Part shown: positions 22,130 through 37,248 of the stretch, piece after piece
Layout of the letters: each line of letters begins with the position of its first letter
Numbering within the stretch: the first letter of the stretch is position 1
Origin: Escherichia coli
GTDB lineage: Bacteria > Pseudomonadota > Gammaproteobacteria > Enterobacterales > Enterobacteriaceae
DNA length: 64,000 nt
Strand: one strand, 5' to 3'
NCBI RefSeq assembly: GCF_036507355.1
Contig: NZ_AP027877.1
Notes under the pieces: model-generated
Seen by the model: the letters and a program-made list of their open reading frames with translations, nothing else
Database searches by the model: none
Told to the model about the DNA's origin: nothing
Position numbers and translations under genes: made by a program

Positions 22130-25003
22130 ATGACACAGACGTTAAGCCAGCTTGAAAATAGCGGCGCTTTTATTGAACGCCATATCGGACCGGACGCCGC
22201 GCAACAGCAAGAAATGCTGAATGCCGTTGGCGCGCAATCGTTAAACGCGCTGACCGGCCAGATTGTACCGAAAGATATTCAGCTTGCGACCCCGCCGCAG
22301 GTTGGCGCACCGGCGACCGAATACGCCGCGCTGGCGGAACTCAAGGCTATTGCCAGTCGCAATAAACGCTTCACGTCTTACATCGGCATGGGTTACACCG
22401 CCGTGCAGTTACCGCCGGTTATCCTGCGTAACATGCTGGAAAATCCGGGCTGGTATACCGCGTATACTCCGTATCAACCTGAAGTCTCGCAGGGCCGCCT
22501 TGAGGCACTGCTCAATTTCCAGCAGGTAACGCTGGATTTAACCGGGCTGGATATGGCCTCTGCTTCTCTTCTTGACGAAGCCACCGCTGCCGCCGAAGCA
22601 ATGGCGATGGCGAAACGCGTCAGCAAACTGAAAAATGCCAACCGCTTCTTCGTGGCTTCCGATGTGCATCCGCAAACGCTGGATGTGGTCCGTACTCGTG
22701 CCGAAACCTTTGGTTTTGAAGTGATTGTCGATGATGCGCAAAAAGTGCTCGACCATCAGGACGTCTTCGGCGTGCTGTTACAGCAGGTTGGCACTACCGG
22801 TGAAATTCACGACTACACTGCGCTTATCAGCGAACTGAAATCACGCAAAATTGTGGTCAGCGTTGCCGCTGATATTATGGCGCTGGTGCTGTTAACTGCG
22901 CCGGGTAAACAGGGCGCGGATATTGTTTTTGGTTCGGCGCAACGCTTTGGCGTACCGATGGGTTACGGTGGCCCACACGCGGCATTCTTTGCGGCGAAAG
23001 ACGAATACAAACGCTCAATGCCAGGCCGTATTATCGGTGTATCGAAAGATGCAGCTGGCAATACCGCGCTGCGCATGGCGATGCAGACTCGCGAGCAACA
23101 TATTCGTCGTGAGAAAGCGAACTCCAACATTTGTACTTCCCAGGTGCTGCTGGCAAACATCGCCAGCCTGTATGCCGTTTATCACGGCCCGATTGGCCTG
23201 AAACGTATCGCTAACCGCATTCACCGTCTGACCGATATCCTGGCGGCAGGCCTGCAACAAAAAGGTCTGAAGCTGCGCCATGCGCACTATTTCGACACTC
23301 TGTGTGTGGAAGTGGCCGACAAGGCGGGCGTACTGGCGCGTGCCGAAGCGGCTGAAATCAACCTGCGTAGCGATATCCTGAACGCGGTTGGGATCACCCT
23401 TGATGAAACCACCACGCGCGAAAACGTGATGCAGCTTTTCAGCGTACTACTGGGGGATAATCACGGGCTGGACATCGACACGCTGGACAAAGACGTGGCT
23501 CACGACAGCCGCTCTATCCAGCCTGCGATGCTGCGCGACGACGAAATCCTCACCCATCCGGTGTTTAATCGCTACCACAGCGAAACCGAAATGATGCGCT
23601 ATATGCACTCGCTGGAGCGTAAAGATCTGGCGCTGAATCAGGCGATGATCCCGCTGGGTTCCTGCACCATGAAACTGAACGCCGCCGCCGAGATGATCCC
23701 AATCACCTGGCCGGAATTTGCCGAACTGCATCCGTTCTGCCCGCCGGAGCAGGCCGAAGGTTATCAGCAGATGATTGCGCAGCTGGCTGACTGGCTGGTG
23801 AAACTGACCGGTTACGACGCCGTTTGTATGCAGCCGAACTCTGGCGCACAGGGCGAATACGCGGGCCTGTTGGCGATTCGTCATTATCATGAAAGCCGCA
23901 ACGAAGGGCATCGCGATATCTGCCTGATCCCGGCTTCTGCGCACGGCACTAACCCTGCTTCTGCACATATGGCAGGAATGCAGGTGGTGGTTGTGGCATG
24001 TGATAAAAACGGCAACATCGATCTGGCTGATCTGCGCGCGAAAGCGGAACAGGCGGGCGATAACCTCTCCTGTATCATGGTGACCTATCCTTCCACCCAC
24101 GGCGTGTATGAAGAAACGATCCGTGAAGTGTGTGAAGTCGTGCATCAGTTCGGCGGTCAGGTTTACCTTGATGGCGCGAACATGAACGCCCAGGTTGGCA
24201 TCACCTCGCCGGGCTTTATTGGTGCGGACGTTTCACACCTTAACCTACATAAAACTTTCTGCATTCCGCACGGCGGTGGTGGGCCGGGTATGGGACCGAT
24301 CGGTGTGAAAGCGCATCTGGCTCCGTTTGTACCGGGTCATAGCGTGGTGCAAATCGAAGGCATGTTAACCCGTCAGGGCGCGGTTTCTGCGGCACCGTTC
24401 GGTAGCGCCTCTATCCTGCCAATCAGCTGGATGTACATCCGCATGATGGGCGCAGAAGGGCTGAAAAAAGCAAGCCAGGTGGCAATCCTCAACGCCAACT
24501 ATATTGCCAGCCGCCTGCAGGATGCCTTCCCGGTGCTGTATACCGGTCGCGACGGTCGCGTGGCGCACGAATGTATTCTCGATATTCGCCCGCTGAAAGA
24601 AGAAACCGGCATCAGCGAGCTGGATATTGCCAAGCGCCTGATCGACTACGGTTTCCACGCGCCGACGATGTCGTTCCCGGTGGCGGGTACGCTGATGGTT
24701 GAACCGACTGAATCTGAAAGCAAAGTGGAACTGGATCGCTTTATCGACGCGATGCTGGCTATCCGCGCAGAAATTGACCAGGTGAAAGCCGGTGTCTGGC
24801 CGCTGGAAGATAACCCGCTGGTGAACGCGCCGCACATTCAGAGCGAACTGGTCGCCGAGTGGGCGCATCCGTACAGCCGTGAAGTTGCGGTATTCCCGGC
24901 AGGCGTGGCAGACAAATACTGGCCGACGGTGAAACGTCTGGATGATGTTTACGGCGACCGTAACCTGTTCTGCTCCTGCGTACCGATTAGCGAATACCAG
25001 TAA
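22130..25003 (+). CDS. gcvP: Glycine dehydrogenase (decarboxylating), P protein
   Basis: 957-aa ORF downstream of gcvT and gcvH. Confidence 0.95.
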   Translation: MTQTLSQLENSGAFIERHIGPDAAQQQEMLNAVGAQSLNALTGQIVPKDIQLATPPQVGAPATEYAALAELKAIASRNKRFTSYIGMGYTAVQLPPVILRNMLENPGWYTAYTPYQPEVSQGRLEALLNFQQVTLDLTGLDMASASLLDEATAAAEAMAMAKRVSKLKNANRFFVASDVHPQTLDVVRTRAETFGFEVIVDDAQKVLDHQDVFGVLLQQVGTTGEIHDYTALISELKSRKIVVSVAADIMALVLLTAPGKQGADIVFGSAQRFGVPMGYGGPHAAFFAAKDEYKRSMPGRIIGVSKDAAGNTALRMAMQTREQHIRREKANSNICTSQVLLANIASLYAVYHGPIGLKRIANRIHRLTDILAAGLQQKGLKLRHAHYFDTLCVEVADKAGVLARAEAAEINLRSDILNAVGITLDETTTRENVMQLFSVLLGDNHGLDIDTLDKDVAHDSRSIQPAMLRDDEILTHPVFNRYHSETEMMRYMHSLERKDLALNQAMIPLGSCTMKLNAAAEMIPITWPEFAELHPFCPPEQAEGYQQMIAQLADWLVKLTGYDAVCMQPNSGAQGEYAGLLAIRHYHESRNEGHRDICLIPASAHGTNPASAHMAGMQVVVVACDKNGNIDLADLRAKAEQAGDNLSCIMVTYPSTHGVYEETIREVCEVVHQFGGQVYLDGANMNAQVGITSPGFIGADVSHLNLHKTFCIPHGGGGPGMGPIGVKAHLAPFVPGHSVVQIEGMLTRQGAVSAAPFGSASILPISWMYIRMMGAEGLKKASQVAILNANYIASRLQDAFPVLYTGRDGRVAHECILDIRPLKEETGISELDIAKRLIDYGFHAPTMSFPVAGTLMVEPTESESKVELDRFIDAMLAIRAEIDQVKAGVWPLEDNPLVNAPHIQSELVAEWAHPYSREVAVFPAGVADKYWPTVKRLDDVYGDRNLFCSCVPISEYQ

Positions 25004-25025
25004 TTCACTGATTCGACTATCTTCT

Positions 25026-25048
25026 AAAGGCGCTTCGGCGCCTTTTTA
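25026..25048 (+). terminator. gcvP intrinsic terminator
   Basis: Hairpin aaaggcgc-ttcg-gcgccttt followed by TTTT. Confidence 0.65.
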
Positions 25049-25166
25049 GCTTGTTAATAAAGTGCGCTTTGTGTGTCGGATGAAGCGTAAATATAAAATC
25101 CTGGAGTTCAATATATGACAGGAGCGCCAGGCCTGATGAGCGGGGCGCATCAGGCACAGCGGGTAA

Positions 25167-26627
<1,461 letters not shown>

Positions 26628-26644
26628 TTACAGGAAATAGTACC

Positions 26645-26956
26645 ATGCAGCCAAACGACATCACTTTTTTTCAACGTTTCCAGGATGACATTCTGGCTGG
26701 GCGTAAAACCATCACCATCCGCGACGAGTCTGAATCGCACTTCAAAACGGGTGATGTGCTTCGTGTCGGGCGTTTTGAAGATGACGGTTATTTTTGCACG
26801 ATTGAAGTCACCGCAACCTCAACCGTAACGCTGGATACGCTGACGGAAAAACATGCAGAGCAGGAAAATATGACCCTGACTGAACTGAAAAAGGTCATTG
26901 CCGACATCTATCCCGGTCAGACACAGTTTTATGTGATTGAATTTAAATGTCTTTAA
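26645..26956 (+). CDS. yqfB: ASCH-domain protein YqfB (UPF0267)
   Basis: 103-aa [31 protein letters not shown]. Confidence 0.85.
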   Translation: MQPNDITFFQRFQDDILAGRKTITIRDESESHFKTGDVLRVGRFEDDGYFCTIEVTATSTVTLDTLTEKHAEQENMTLTELKKVIADIYPGQTQFYVIEFKCL

Positions 26957-27116
26957 ATTGAACTCACGCCTGTTAGTTGAAATTTCGCATTTAATTTCAT
27001 GATTTTTAGGAGATTAGTCTCAAATCAGAATTTATTTTAGCTAACAGGTGTTCACTGGAACTATTCTCAGTTACGCTGGAGAGGTATACATGTGCGTGTA
27101 CGTTTCTCCGGAGTAA

Positions 27117-27779
<663 letters not shown>

Positions 27780-27789
27780 TGGGTATGCC

Positions 27790-27852
27790 TTTGTAGGCCT
27801 GATAAGACGCGCCAGCGTCGCATCAGGCGATAAATGCCTGATGCGACACAGA
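27790..27852. repeat. REP-like palindromic element(s)
   Basis: gcctgataagacgcgccagcgtcgcatcaggc and gcctgatgcgacac palindromes between convergent yqfA and ygfZ. Confidence 0.6.
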
Positions 27853-27855
27853 GAT

Positions 27856-28836
27856 TTACTCTTCGAGCGAATACGGCAGCGGCTCGATATGCAATGTATT
27901 CGCATCGTCACGCACGCGGAAGATGCTGTCCGGTTCCATATCGTTATTCATGACGACCTGTACCACGACCTGACCATCTTCCAGTTTTACCGCAGCCAGC
28001 ACCGTACCGGTGCGACGCCAGTTCTCGCCCATTTTCAGCTCTAAATCTTCACCAGCTTCCGGCAGTCGGCTGGCGCTACCTGCCAGCAACCAGAGCGCAC
28101 GTTTATTGGCACCACGGAATTTTGCTCGCGCCACCATCTCTTGTCCGGTATAACAGCCTTTCTTAAAGCTGATACCGCCCAGCGCCTGGAGATTGGTCGC
28201 CTGTGGGATAAACTGCCCGCTGTTCGCGGCATCAATCACCGGGAAACCCGCTTCAATGTTTAATGCCAGCCACTGTTGGCTATTGTTCAGTTCCGCTTCA
28301 CCGCGCAGTTTATCGGTCAGCATATTGGCAGTAGCTTCATCGGTTACGATCAGGAAACGTTCTGCCGGGTGTTCAAACCATAGCAAAGTGGTCGCGCCTT
28401 CTTTAACTACCTGTTTTTCTCTCGAAGGTAGTTCACTAAAGAGATTGGCCAGTGCGGCGCGCGCCTGAAAACCGGCAACACCAAGCAGCACACGCTCGTC
28501 GTCTGGCGCGATGGTCACTTTAGAGAATACCGCATATTTTTTCAGTTCAGTCAGCTGCGGTTCACGCACGCTGCGCCGTTCAATCCACGCAAAGCCATCG
28601 CCGTCGCGGAACAGACGTAAATTGCTCCACATTTTACCTTTGGCGTCGCAATGGGCGGCGAGCAGGTGCTGATTTTCTGTCATCTGGCTGACATCTGCTG
28701 TCACCTGGCCCTGCATATATTTTTCGCTGTCCGCGCCAGTAATGGTGGCAAGCGCCCAGTCATCAAGCGTCATCAGCGTCAGCGGTAAACGGGCAGAAGC
28801 CGTAGGCTGACGGGGAGGAAAAGGTGTAAAAGCCAT
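27856..28836 (-). CDS. ygfZ: Folate-binding tRNA-modification protein YgfZ
   Basis: 326-aa [47 protein letters not shown]. Confidence 0.9.
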   Translation of the reverse strand: MAFTPFPPRQPTASARLPLTLMTLDDWALATITGADSEKYMQGQVTADVSQMTENQHLLAAHCDAKGKMWSNLRLFRDGDGFAWIERRSVREPQLTELKKYAVFSKVTIAPDDERVLLGVAGFQARAALANLFSELPSREKQVVKEGATTLLWFEHPAERFLIVTDEATANMLTDKLRGEAELNNSQQWLALNIEAGFPVIDAANSGQFIPQATNLQALGGISFKKGCYTGQEMVARAKFRGANKRALWLLAGSASRLPEAGEDLELKMGENWRRTGTVLAAVKLEDGQVVVQVVMNNDMEPDSIFRVRDDANTLHIEPLPYSLEE

Positions 28837-29066
28837 AATAGAGTCCTGAGTTGCTTAACGGCGTATTAATAACTAATGGTAAAAGAGCTATGAGGCAATG
28901 CAAGTGCTTTCACTACGCGATCTGTGCCTTCTGCGAGGCGACTTCCAAAAAAATGAAGCCCTTGAATTGTTGTGAATTAATTTCGCGATCGCGATTGTGT
29001 TTACTGATATTCCCGTAAAAGAAGTCGAAAAACACGTTACAATAGCGGGGTACTGGATTTTCGTGA

Positions 29067-29733
<667 letters not shown>

Positions 29734-29772
29734 AGATGACGGCAAAGCATATGCGCTAAGCCGTCAGTGAGA

Positions 29773-30294
29773 TCAGGCGTAATGCTCTGCCATTTCGTTG
29801 AGGATTTGCTCGCACCAGCTCTGAATACGCTCGTCGCTAAGGTCATACTGGTTAGTTTCATCCAGCGCCAGACCCACGAACAGTTGCCCGTCAGCAATCA
29901 CCGGTTTCGGGCTGGTAAATTCATATCCTTCCGTTGGCCAGTAGCCGACGAACTTCACGCCTTTGGTAGAAAGTTTGTCATGCAGCATCCCTAGCGCATC
30001 GAGGAACCATTCACCGTACCCGAGTTGATCGCCAAGCCCATACAGCGCAACAATTTTACCTTCGAGGTTCAGGTCGTCGAGCTGATCCCAGACGGCTTCC
30101 CAGTCTTCCTGGATTTCGCCAAAATCCCAGGTCGGGATACCCAGAATGAGCACATCGTACTGCTCCATTAATTTCGGGGAGTCGTCCTTGAGGTTATGTA
30201 AGGTCACCAGTTCTGGGCCGATAATATCGCGGATTTTTTCTGCCGCCATTTCGGTGTAACAGGTGCTGGAACCGTAAAAAAGACCCATATTCAT
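29773..30294 (-). CDS. fldB: Flavodoxin 2
   Basis: 173-aa [29 protein letters not shown]. Confidence 0.9.
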
Positions 30295-30405
30295 AACGTA
30301 AGCTTCTCGATTCTGCTGTGGCTTTTGCGGCTAGTGTATCAGAATCGCTTTAGTCACGGCACAATAAGGCATAATGGATCAAATGAGTGACCATAAGGGG
30401 CGCAA

Positions 30406-31302
30406 GTGAAACAGGATCTGGCACGCATCGAGCAGTTTCTTGATGCTCTGTGGCTGGAAAAAAATCTGGCTGAAAATACGTTGAACGCTTACCGTCGCGA
30501 TCTGTCAATGATGGTGGAGTGGTTGCATCACCGCGGGTTGACGCTGGCGACGGCGCAAAGTGACGATTTGCAGGCATTACTGGCAGAACGGCTGGAGGGC
30601 GGGTATAAAGCCACCAGCTCAGCGCGTTTGCTGAGTGCAGTGCGCCGATTGTTCCAGTATCTTTATCGCGAAAAGTTTCGTGAAGATGATCCCAGTGCGC
30701 ATCTCGCTTCACCGAAATTGCCCCAGCGTTTGCCAAAAGATTTAAGCGAAGCGCAGGTCGAACGTTTATTACAGGCACCATTAATTGATCAGCCACTGGA
30801 GCTACGCGATAAAGCCATGCTTGAAGTGTTGTATGCTACCGGGCTGCGTGTCTCTGAACTGGTCGGGCTGACAATGAGTGATATCAGCCTGCGTCAGGGC
30901 GTAGTGCGGGTCATTGGTAAAGGCAACAAAGAGCGCCTGGTGCCGTTAGGTGAAGAGGCGGTTTACTGGCTGGAAACCTATCTGGAACATGGGCGTCCGT
31001 GGCTGTTGAATGGTGTGTCAATTGACGTGTTGTTTCCCAGCCAGCGTGCGCAGCAGATGACGCGACAGACCTTCTGGCACCGTATTAAACATTATGCCGT
31101 GCTGGCGGGTATCGACAGCGAAAAGCTGTCACCGCATGTGTTGCGTCACGCTTTTGCCACTCATTTATTAAATCATGGTGCGGATTTACGCGTGGTGCAG
31201 ATGCTACTGGGCCACAGCGATCTTTCCACCACGCAAATTTATACGCATGTCGCTACCGAGCGTCTGCGGCAACTTCATCAACAGCATCACCCGCGGGCGT
31301 GA
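30406..31302 (+). CDS. xerD: Site-specific tyrosine recombinase XerD
   Basis: 298 aa; C-terminal HVLRHAFATHLL...LLGHSDLSTTQIYTH catalytic motifs. Confidence 0.95.
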   Translation: MKQDLARIEQFLDALWLEKNLAENTLNAYRRDLSMMVEWLHHRGLTLATAQSDDLQALLAERLEGGYKATSSARLLSAVRRLFQYLYREKFREDDPSAHLASPKLPQRLPKDLSEAQVERLLQAPLIDQPLELRDKAMLEVLYATGLRVSELVGLTMSDISLRQGVVRVIGKGNKERLVPLGEEAVYWLETYLEHGRPWLLNGVSIDVLFPSQRAQQMTRQTFWHRIKHYAVLAGIDSEKLSPHVLRHAFATHLLNHGADLRVVQMLLGHSDLSTTQIYTHVATERLRQLHQQHHPRA

Positions 31303-31326
31303 TGTCTGAAAAGAACGGGAAGATTT

Positions 31327-32037
31327 ATGAAGAAAGGTTTTATGTTGTTTACTTTGTTAGCGGCGTTTTCAGGCTTTGCTCAGGCTGATGACGCGGCAAT
31401 TCAACAAACGTTAGCCAAAATGGGCATCAAAAGCAGCGATATTCAGCCCGCGCCCGTAGCTGGCATGAAGACAGTTCTGACTAACAGCGGTGTGTTGTAC
31501 ATCACCGATGATGGTAAACATATCATTCAGGGGCCAATGTATGACGTTAGCGGCACGGCTCCGGTCAATGTCACCAATAAGATGTTGTTAAAGCAGTTGA
31601 ATGCGCTTGAAAAAGAGATGATCGTTTATAAAGCGCCGCAGGAAAAACACGTCATCACCGTGTTTACTGATATTACCTGTGGTTACTGCCACAAACTGCA
31701 TGAGCAAATGGCAGACTACAACGCGCTGGGGATCACCGTGCGTTATCTTGCTTTCCCGCGCCAGGGGCTGGATAGCGATGCTGAGAAAGAAATGAAAGCT
31801 ATCTGGTGTGCGAAAGACAAAAACAAAGCGTTTGATGATGTGATGGCAGGTAAAAGCGTCGCACCAGCCAGTTGCGACGTGGATATTGCCGACCATTACG
31901 CACTTGGCGTCCAGCTTGGCGTTAGCGGTACTCCGGCAGTTGTGCTGAGCAATGGCACACTTGTTCCGGGTTACCAGCCGCCGAAAGACATGAAAGAATT
32001 CCTCGACGAACACCAAAAAATGACCAGCGGTAAATAA
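31327..32037 (+). CDS. dsbC: Thiol:disulfide interchange protein DsbC
   Basis: 236 aa; signal peptide; active site CGYC. Confidence 0.95.
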   Translation: MKKGFMLFTLLAAFSGFAQADDAAIQQTLAKMGIKSSDIQPAPVAGMKTVLTNSGVLYITDDGKHIIQGPMYDVSGTAPVNVTNKMLLKQLNALEKEMIVYKAPQEKHVITVFTDITCGYCHKLHEQMADYNALGITVRYLAFPRQGLDSDAEKEMKAIWCAKDKNKAFDDVMAGKSVAPASCDVDIADHYALGVQLGVSGTPAVVLSNGTLVPGYQPPKDMKEFLDEHQKMTSGK

Positions 32038-32042
32038 TTCGC

Positions 32043-33776
32043 GTGAAACAACAGATACAACTTCGTCGCCGTGAAGTCGATGAAACGGCAGACTTGCCCG
32101 CTGAATTGCCTCCCTTGCTGCGCCGTTTATACGCCAGCCGAGGAGTACGCAGTGCGCAAGAACTGGAACGCAGTGTTAAAGGTATGTTGCCCTGGCAGCA
32201 ACTGAGCGGCGTCGAAAAGGCCGTTGAGATCCTTTACAACGCTTTTCGCGAAGGAACGCGGATTATTGTGGTCGGTGATTTCGACGCTGACGGTGCCACC
32301 AGCACGGCTCTAAGCGTGCTGGCGATGCGCTCGCTTGGTTGCAGCAATATCGACTACCTGGTACCAAACCGTTTCGAAGACGGTTACGGCTTAAGCCCGG
32401 AAGTGGTCGATCAGGCCCATGCCCGTGGCGCGCAGTTAATTGTCACGGTGGATAACGGTATTTCCTCCCATGCGGGGGTTGAGCACGCTCGCTCGTTGGG
32501 CATCCCGGTTATTGTTACCGATCACCATTTGCCGGGCGACACATTACCCGCAGCGGAAGCGATCATTAACCCTAACTTGCGCGACTGTAATTTCCCGTCG
32601 AAATCACTGGCAGGCGTGGGTGTGGCGTTTTATCTGATGCTGGCGCTGCGCACCTTTTTGCGCGATCAGGGCTGGTTTGATGAGCGTAACATCGCAATTC
32701 CTAACCTGGCAGAACTGCTGGATCTGGTCGCGCTGGGGACAGTAGCGGACGTCGTGCCGCTGGACGCTAATAATCGCATTCTGACCTGGCAGGGGATGAG
32801 TCGCATCCGTGCCGGAAAGTGCCGTCCGGGGATTAAAGCGCTGCTGGAAGTGGCAAACCGTGATGCACAAAAACTCGCCGCCAGCGATTTAGGTTTTGCG
32901 CTGGGGCCACGTCTCAATGCTGCCGGGCGACTGGACGATATGTCCGTCGGTGTGGCGCTGTTGTTGTGCGACAACATCGGCGAAGCGCGCGTGCTGGCAA
33001 ATGAACTCGATGCGCTAAACCAGACGCGAAAAGAGATCGAACAAGGAATGCAAATTGAAGCCCTGACCCTGTGCGAGAAACTGGAGCGCAGCCGCGACAC
33101 GCTACCCGGCGGGCTGGCAATGTATCACCCCGAATGGCATCAGGGCGTTGTCGGTATTCTGGCTTCGCGCATCAAAGAGCGTTTTCACCGTCCGGTTATC
33201 GCCTTTGCGCCAGCAGGTGATGGTACGCTGAAAGGTTCAGGTCGCTCCATTCAGGGGCTGCATATGCGTGATGCACTGGAGCGATTAGACACACTCTACC
33301 CTGGCATGATGCTGAAGTTTGGCGGTCATGCGATGGCGGCGGGTTTGTCGCTGGAAGAGGATAAATTCGAACTCTTTCAACAACGGTTTGGCGAACTGGT
33401 TACTGAGTGGCTGGACCCTTCGCTATTGCAAGGCGAAGTGGTGTCAGACGGTCCGTTAAGTCCAGCCGAAATGACCATGGAAGTGGCGCAGCTGCTGCGC
33501 GATGCTGGCCCGTGGGGGCAGATGTTCCCGGAGCCGCTGTTTGACGGTCATTTCCGTCTGCTGCAACAGCGGCTGGTGGGCGAACGTCATTTGAAAGTCA
33601 TGGTCGAACCGGTCGGCGGCGGTCCGCTGCTGGATGGTATTGCTTTTAATGTCGATACCGCCCTCTGGCCGGATAACGGCGTGCGCGAAGTGCAACTGGC
33701 TTACAAGCTCGATATCAACGAGTTTCGCGGCAACCGCAGCCTGCAAATTATCATCGACAATATCTGGCCAATTTAG
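32043..33776 (+). CDS. recJ: Single-stranded-DNA-specific exonuclease RecJ
   Basis: 577-aa ORF, GTG start; DHH motifs VVGDFDADGATS and VTDHH. Confidence 0.95.
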   Translation: MKQQIQLRRREVDETADLPAELPPLLRRLYASRGVRSAQELERSVKGMLPWQQLSGVEKAVEILYNAFREGTRIIVVGDFDADGATSTALSVLAMRSLGCSNIDYLVPNRFEDGYGLSPEVVDQAHARGAQLIVTVDNGISSHAGVEHARSLGIPVIVTDHHLPGDTLPAAEAIINPNLRDCNFPSKSLAGVGVAFYLMLALRTFLRDQGWFDERNIAIPNLAELLDLVALGTVADVVPLDANNRILTWQGMSRIRAGKCRPGIKALLEVANRDAQKLAASDLGFALGPRLNAAGRLDDMSVGVALLLCDNIGEARVLANELDALNQTRKEIEQGMQIEALTLCEKLERSRDTLPGGLAMYHPEWHQGVVGILASRIKERFHRPVIAFAPAGDGTLKGSGRSIQGLHMRDALERLDTLYPGMMLKFGGHAMAAGLSLEEDKFELFQQRFGELVTEWLDPSLLQGEVVSDGPLSPAEMTMEVAQLLRDAGPWGQMFPEPLFDGHFRLLQQRLVGERHLKVMVEPVGGGPLLDGIAFNVDTALWPDNGVREVQLAYKLDINEFRGNRSLQIIIDNIWPI

Positions 33777-33866
33777 CGTCATCTTCTCTATAAAAAAGAG
33801 CGTGGATTGGGTACAATCCCGCTCTTATCACCGCATTTTGACTAGCTCAATAAAAGAAATCAGACC

Positions 33867-34965
33867 ATGTTTGAAATTAATCCGGTAAATAATCGCATTC
33901 AGGACCTCACGGAACGCTCCGACGTTCTTAGGGGGTATCTTTGACTACGACGCCAAGAAAGAGCGTCTGGAAGAAGTAAACGCCGAGCTGGAACAGCCGG
34001 ATGTCTGGAACGAACCCGAACGCGCACAGGCGCTGGGTAAAGAGCGTTCCTCCCTCGAAGCCGTTGTCGACACCCTCGACCAAATGAAACAGGGGCTGGA
34101 AGATGTTTCTGGTCTGCTGGAACTGGCTGTAGAAGCTGACGACGAAGAAACCTTTAACGAAGCCGTTGCTGAACTCGACGCCCTGGAAGAAAAACTGGCG
34201 CAGCTTGAGTTCCGCCGTATGTTCTCTGGCGAATATGACAGCGCCGACTGCTACCTCGATATTCAGGCAGGGTCTGGCGGTACGGAAGCACAGGACTGGG
34301 CGAGCATGCTTGAGCGTATGTATCTGCGCTGGGCAGAATCGCGTGGTTTCAAAACTGAAATCATCGAAGAGTCGGAAGGTGAAGTGGCGGGTATTAAATC
34401 CGTGACTATCAAAATCTCCGGCGATTACGCTTACGGCTGGCTGCGTACAGAAACCGGCGTTCACCGCCTGGTGCGTAAAAGCCCGTTTGACTCCGGCGGT
34501 CGTCGCCACACGTCGTTCAGCTCCGCGTTTGTTTATCCGGAAGTTGATGATGATATTGATATCGAAATCAACCCGGCGGATCTGCGCATTGACGTTTATC
34601 GCGCGTCCGGCGCGGGCGGTCAGCACGTTAACCGTACCGAATCTGCGGTGCGTATTACCCACATCCCGACCGGGATCGTGACCCAGTGCCAGAACGACCG
34701 TTCCCAGCACAAGAACAAAGACCAGGCCATGAAGCAGATGAAAGCGAAGCTTTATGAACTGGAGATGCAGAAGAAAAATGCCGAGAAACAGGCGATGGAA
34801 GATAACAAATCCGACATCGGCTGGGGCAGCCAGATTCGTTCTTATGTCCTTGATGACTCCCGCATTAAAGATCTGCGCACTGGGGTAGAAACCCGCAACA
34901 CGCAGGCCGTGCTGGACGGCAGCCTGGATCAATTTATCGAAGCAAGTTTGAAAGCAGGGTTATGA
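33867..34965 (+). CDS. prfB: Peptide chain release factor 2 (requires programmed +1 frameshift at CTT TGA C, 33939-33945)
   Basis: ATG 33867 gives [25 protein letters not shown] then in-frame TGA at 33942-33944 preceded by AGGGGG; +1 frame continues [16 protein letters not shown]... into ORF ending 34965; GGQ motif present. Confidence 0.95.
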
Positions 34966-34974
34966 GGAACCAAC

Positions 34975-36492
34975 ATGTCTGAACAACACGCACAGGGCGC
35001 TGACGCGGTAGTCGATCTTAACAATGAACTGAAAACGCGTCGTGAGAAGCTGGCGAACCTGCGCGAGCAGGGGATTGCCTTCCCGAACGATTTCCGTCGC
35101 GATCATACCTCTGACCAATTGCACGCAGAATTCGACGGTAAAGAGAACGAAGAACTGGAAGCGCTGAATATCGAAGTCGCCGTTGCTGGCCGCATGATGA
35201 CCCGCCGTATTATGGGTAAAGCGTCTTTCGTTACCCTGCAGGATGTGGGTGGCCGCATTCAGCTGTACGTTGCCCGTGACGATCTGCCGGAAGGCGTTTA
35301 CAACGAGCAGTTCAAAAAATGGGACCTCGGCGACATCCTCGGCGCGAAAGGTAAACTGTTCAAAACCAAAACCGGCGAACTGTCTATCCACTGTACCGAG
35401 CTGCGTCTGCTGACCAAAGCACTGCGTCCGCTGCCGGATAAATTCCACGGCTTGCAGGATCAGGAAGCGCGCTATCGTCAGCGTTATCTGGATCTCATCT
35501 CTAACGATGAATCCCGTAACACCTTTAAAGTGCGCTCGCAGATCCTCTCTGGTATTCGCCAGTTCATGGTGAACCGCGGCTTTATGGAAGTTGAAACGCC
35601 GATGATGCAGGTGATCCCAGGCGGTGCCGCTGCGCGTCCGTTTATCACCCACCATAACGCGCTGGATCTCGACATGTACCTGCGTATCGCGCCGGAACTG
35701 TACCTCAAGCGTCTGGTGGTCGGTGGCTTCGAGCGTGTATTCGAAATCAACCGTAACTTCCGTAACGAAGGTATCTCCGTACGTCATAACCCAGAGTTCA
35801 CCATGATGGAACTCTACATGGCTTACGCAGATTACAAAGATCTGATCGAGCTGACCGAATCGCTGTTCCGTACTCTGGCACAGGATATTCTCGGTAAGAC
35901 GGAAGTGACCTACGGCGACGTGACGCTGGACTTCGGTAAACCGTTCGAAAAACTGACCATGCGAGAAGCGATCAAGAAATATCGCCCGGAAACCGACATG
36001 GCGGATCTGGATAACTTCGACTCTGCGAAAGCGATTGCTGAATCTATCGGTATCCACGTTGAGAAGAGCTGGGGTCTGGGCCGTATCGTTACCGAGATCT
36101 TCGAAGAAGTGGCAGAAGCACATCTGATTCAGCCGACCTTCATTACTGAATATCCGGCAGAAGTTTCTCCGCTGGCGCGTCGTAACGACATTAACCCGGA
36201 AATCACAGACCGCTTTGAGTTCTTCATTGGTGGTCGTGAAATCGGTAACGGCTTTAGCGAGCTGAATGACGCGGAAGATCAGGCGCAGCGCTTCCTGGAT
36301 CAGGTTGCCGCGAAAGATGCAGGTGACGACGAAGCGATGTTCTACGATGAAGATTACGTTACCGCACTGGAACATGGCTTACCGCCGACAGCAGGTCTGG
36401 GGATTGGCATCGACCGTATGGTAATGCTGTTCACCAACAGCCATACCATCCGCGACGTTATTCTGTTCCCGGCGATGCGTCCGGTGAAATAA
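34975..36492 (+). CDS. lysS: Lysyl-tRNA synthetase
   Basis: 505-aa [43 protein letters not shown]. Confidence 0.95.
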   Translation: MSEQHAQGADAVVDLNNELKTRREKLANLREQGIAFPNDFRRDHTSDQLHAEFDGKENEELEALNIEVAVAGRMMTRRIMGKASFVTLQDVGGRIQLYVARDDLPEGVYNEQFKKWDLGDILGAKGKLFKTKTGELSIHCTELRLLTKALRPLPDKFHGLQDQEARYRQRYLDLISNDESRNTFKVRSQILSGIRQFMVNRGFMEVETPMMQVIPGGAAARPFITHHNALDLDMYLRIAPELYLKRLVVGGFERVFEINRNFRNEGISVRHNPEFTMMELYMAYADYKDLIELTESLFRTLAQDILGKTEVTYGDVTLDFGKPFEKLTMREAIKKYRPETDMADLDNFDSAKAIAESIGIHVEKSWGLGRIVTEIFEEVAEAHLIQPTFITEYPAEVSPLARRNDINPEITDRFEFFIGGREIGNGFSELNDAEDQAQRFLDQVAAKDAGDDEAMFYDEDYVTALEHGLPPTAGLGIGIDRMVMLFTNSHTIRDVILFPAMRPVK

Positions 36493-36512
36493 GCATTACG
36501 TTATGCTCACAA

Positions 36513-36535
36513 CCCCGGCAAATGTCGGGGTTTTT
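36513..36535 (+). terminator. lysS intrinsic terminator
   Basis: Hairpin ccccggcaaatgtcgggg followed by TTTTT; IS1 end abuts the T-run. Confidence 0.6.
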
Positions 36536-36550
36536 GGTAATGACTCCAAC

Positions 36551-37054
36551 TTATTGATAGTGTTTTATGTTCAGATAATGCCCGATGACTTTGTCATGCA
36601 GCTCCACCGATTTTGAGAACGACAGCGACTTCCGTCCCAGCCGTGCCAGGTGCTGCCTCAGATTCAGGTTATGCCGCTCAATTCGCTGCGTATATCGCTT
36701 GCTGATTACGTGCAGCTTTCCCTTCAGGCGGGATTCATACAGCGGCCAGCCATCCGTCATCCATATCACCACGTCAAAGGGTGACAGCAGGCTCATAAGA
36801 CGCCCCAGCGTCGCCATCGTGCGTTCACCGAATACGTGCGCAACAACCGTCTTCCGGAGCCTGTCATACGCGTAAAACAGCCAGCGCTGGCGCGATTTAG
36901 CCCCGACATAGCCCCACTGTTCGTCCATTTCCGCGCAGACGATGACGTCACTGCCCGGCTGTATGCGCGAGGTTACCGACTGCGGCCTGAGTTTTTTAAG
37001 TGACGTAAAATCGTGTTGAGGCCAACGCCCATAATGCGGGCTGTTGCCCGGCAT
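36551..37054 (-). CDS. insB: IS1 InsB transposase segment
   Basis: 167-aa [40 protein letters not shown]. Confidence 0.9.
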
Positions 37055-37248
37055 CCAACGCCATTCATGGCCATATCAATGATTTTCTGGTGCGTACCGG
37101 GTTGAGAAGCGGTGTAAGTGAACTGCAGTTGCCATGTTTTACGGCAGTGAGAGCAGAGATAGCGCTGATGTCCGGCGGTGCTTTTGCCGTTACGCACCAC
37201 CCCGTCAGTAGCTGAACAGGAGGGACAGCTGATAGAAACAGAAGCCAC
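36973..37248 (-). CDS. insA: IS1 InsA
   Basis: 91-aa [43 protein letters not shown]. Confidence 0.9.

Noticed and set aside
23447-24145. 232-aa minus-strand ORF inside gcvP
   Set aside because: Antisense to gcvP; His/Arg-rich translation typical of spurious reverse-frame ORFs.
33928-36375. Long minus-strand ORFs (334 aa and 471 aa) antisense to prfB and lysS
   Set aside because: Fully antisense to highly conserved genes; translations are low-complexity with no family resemblance.
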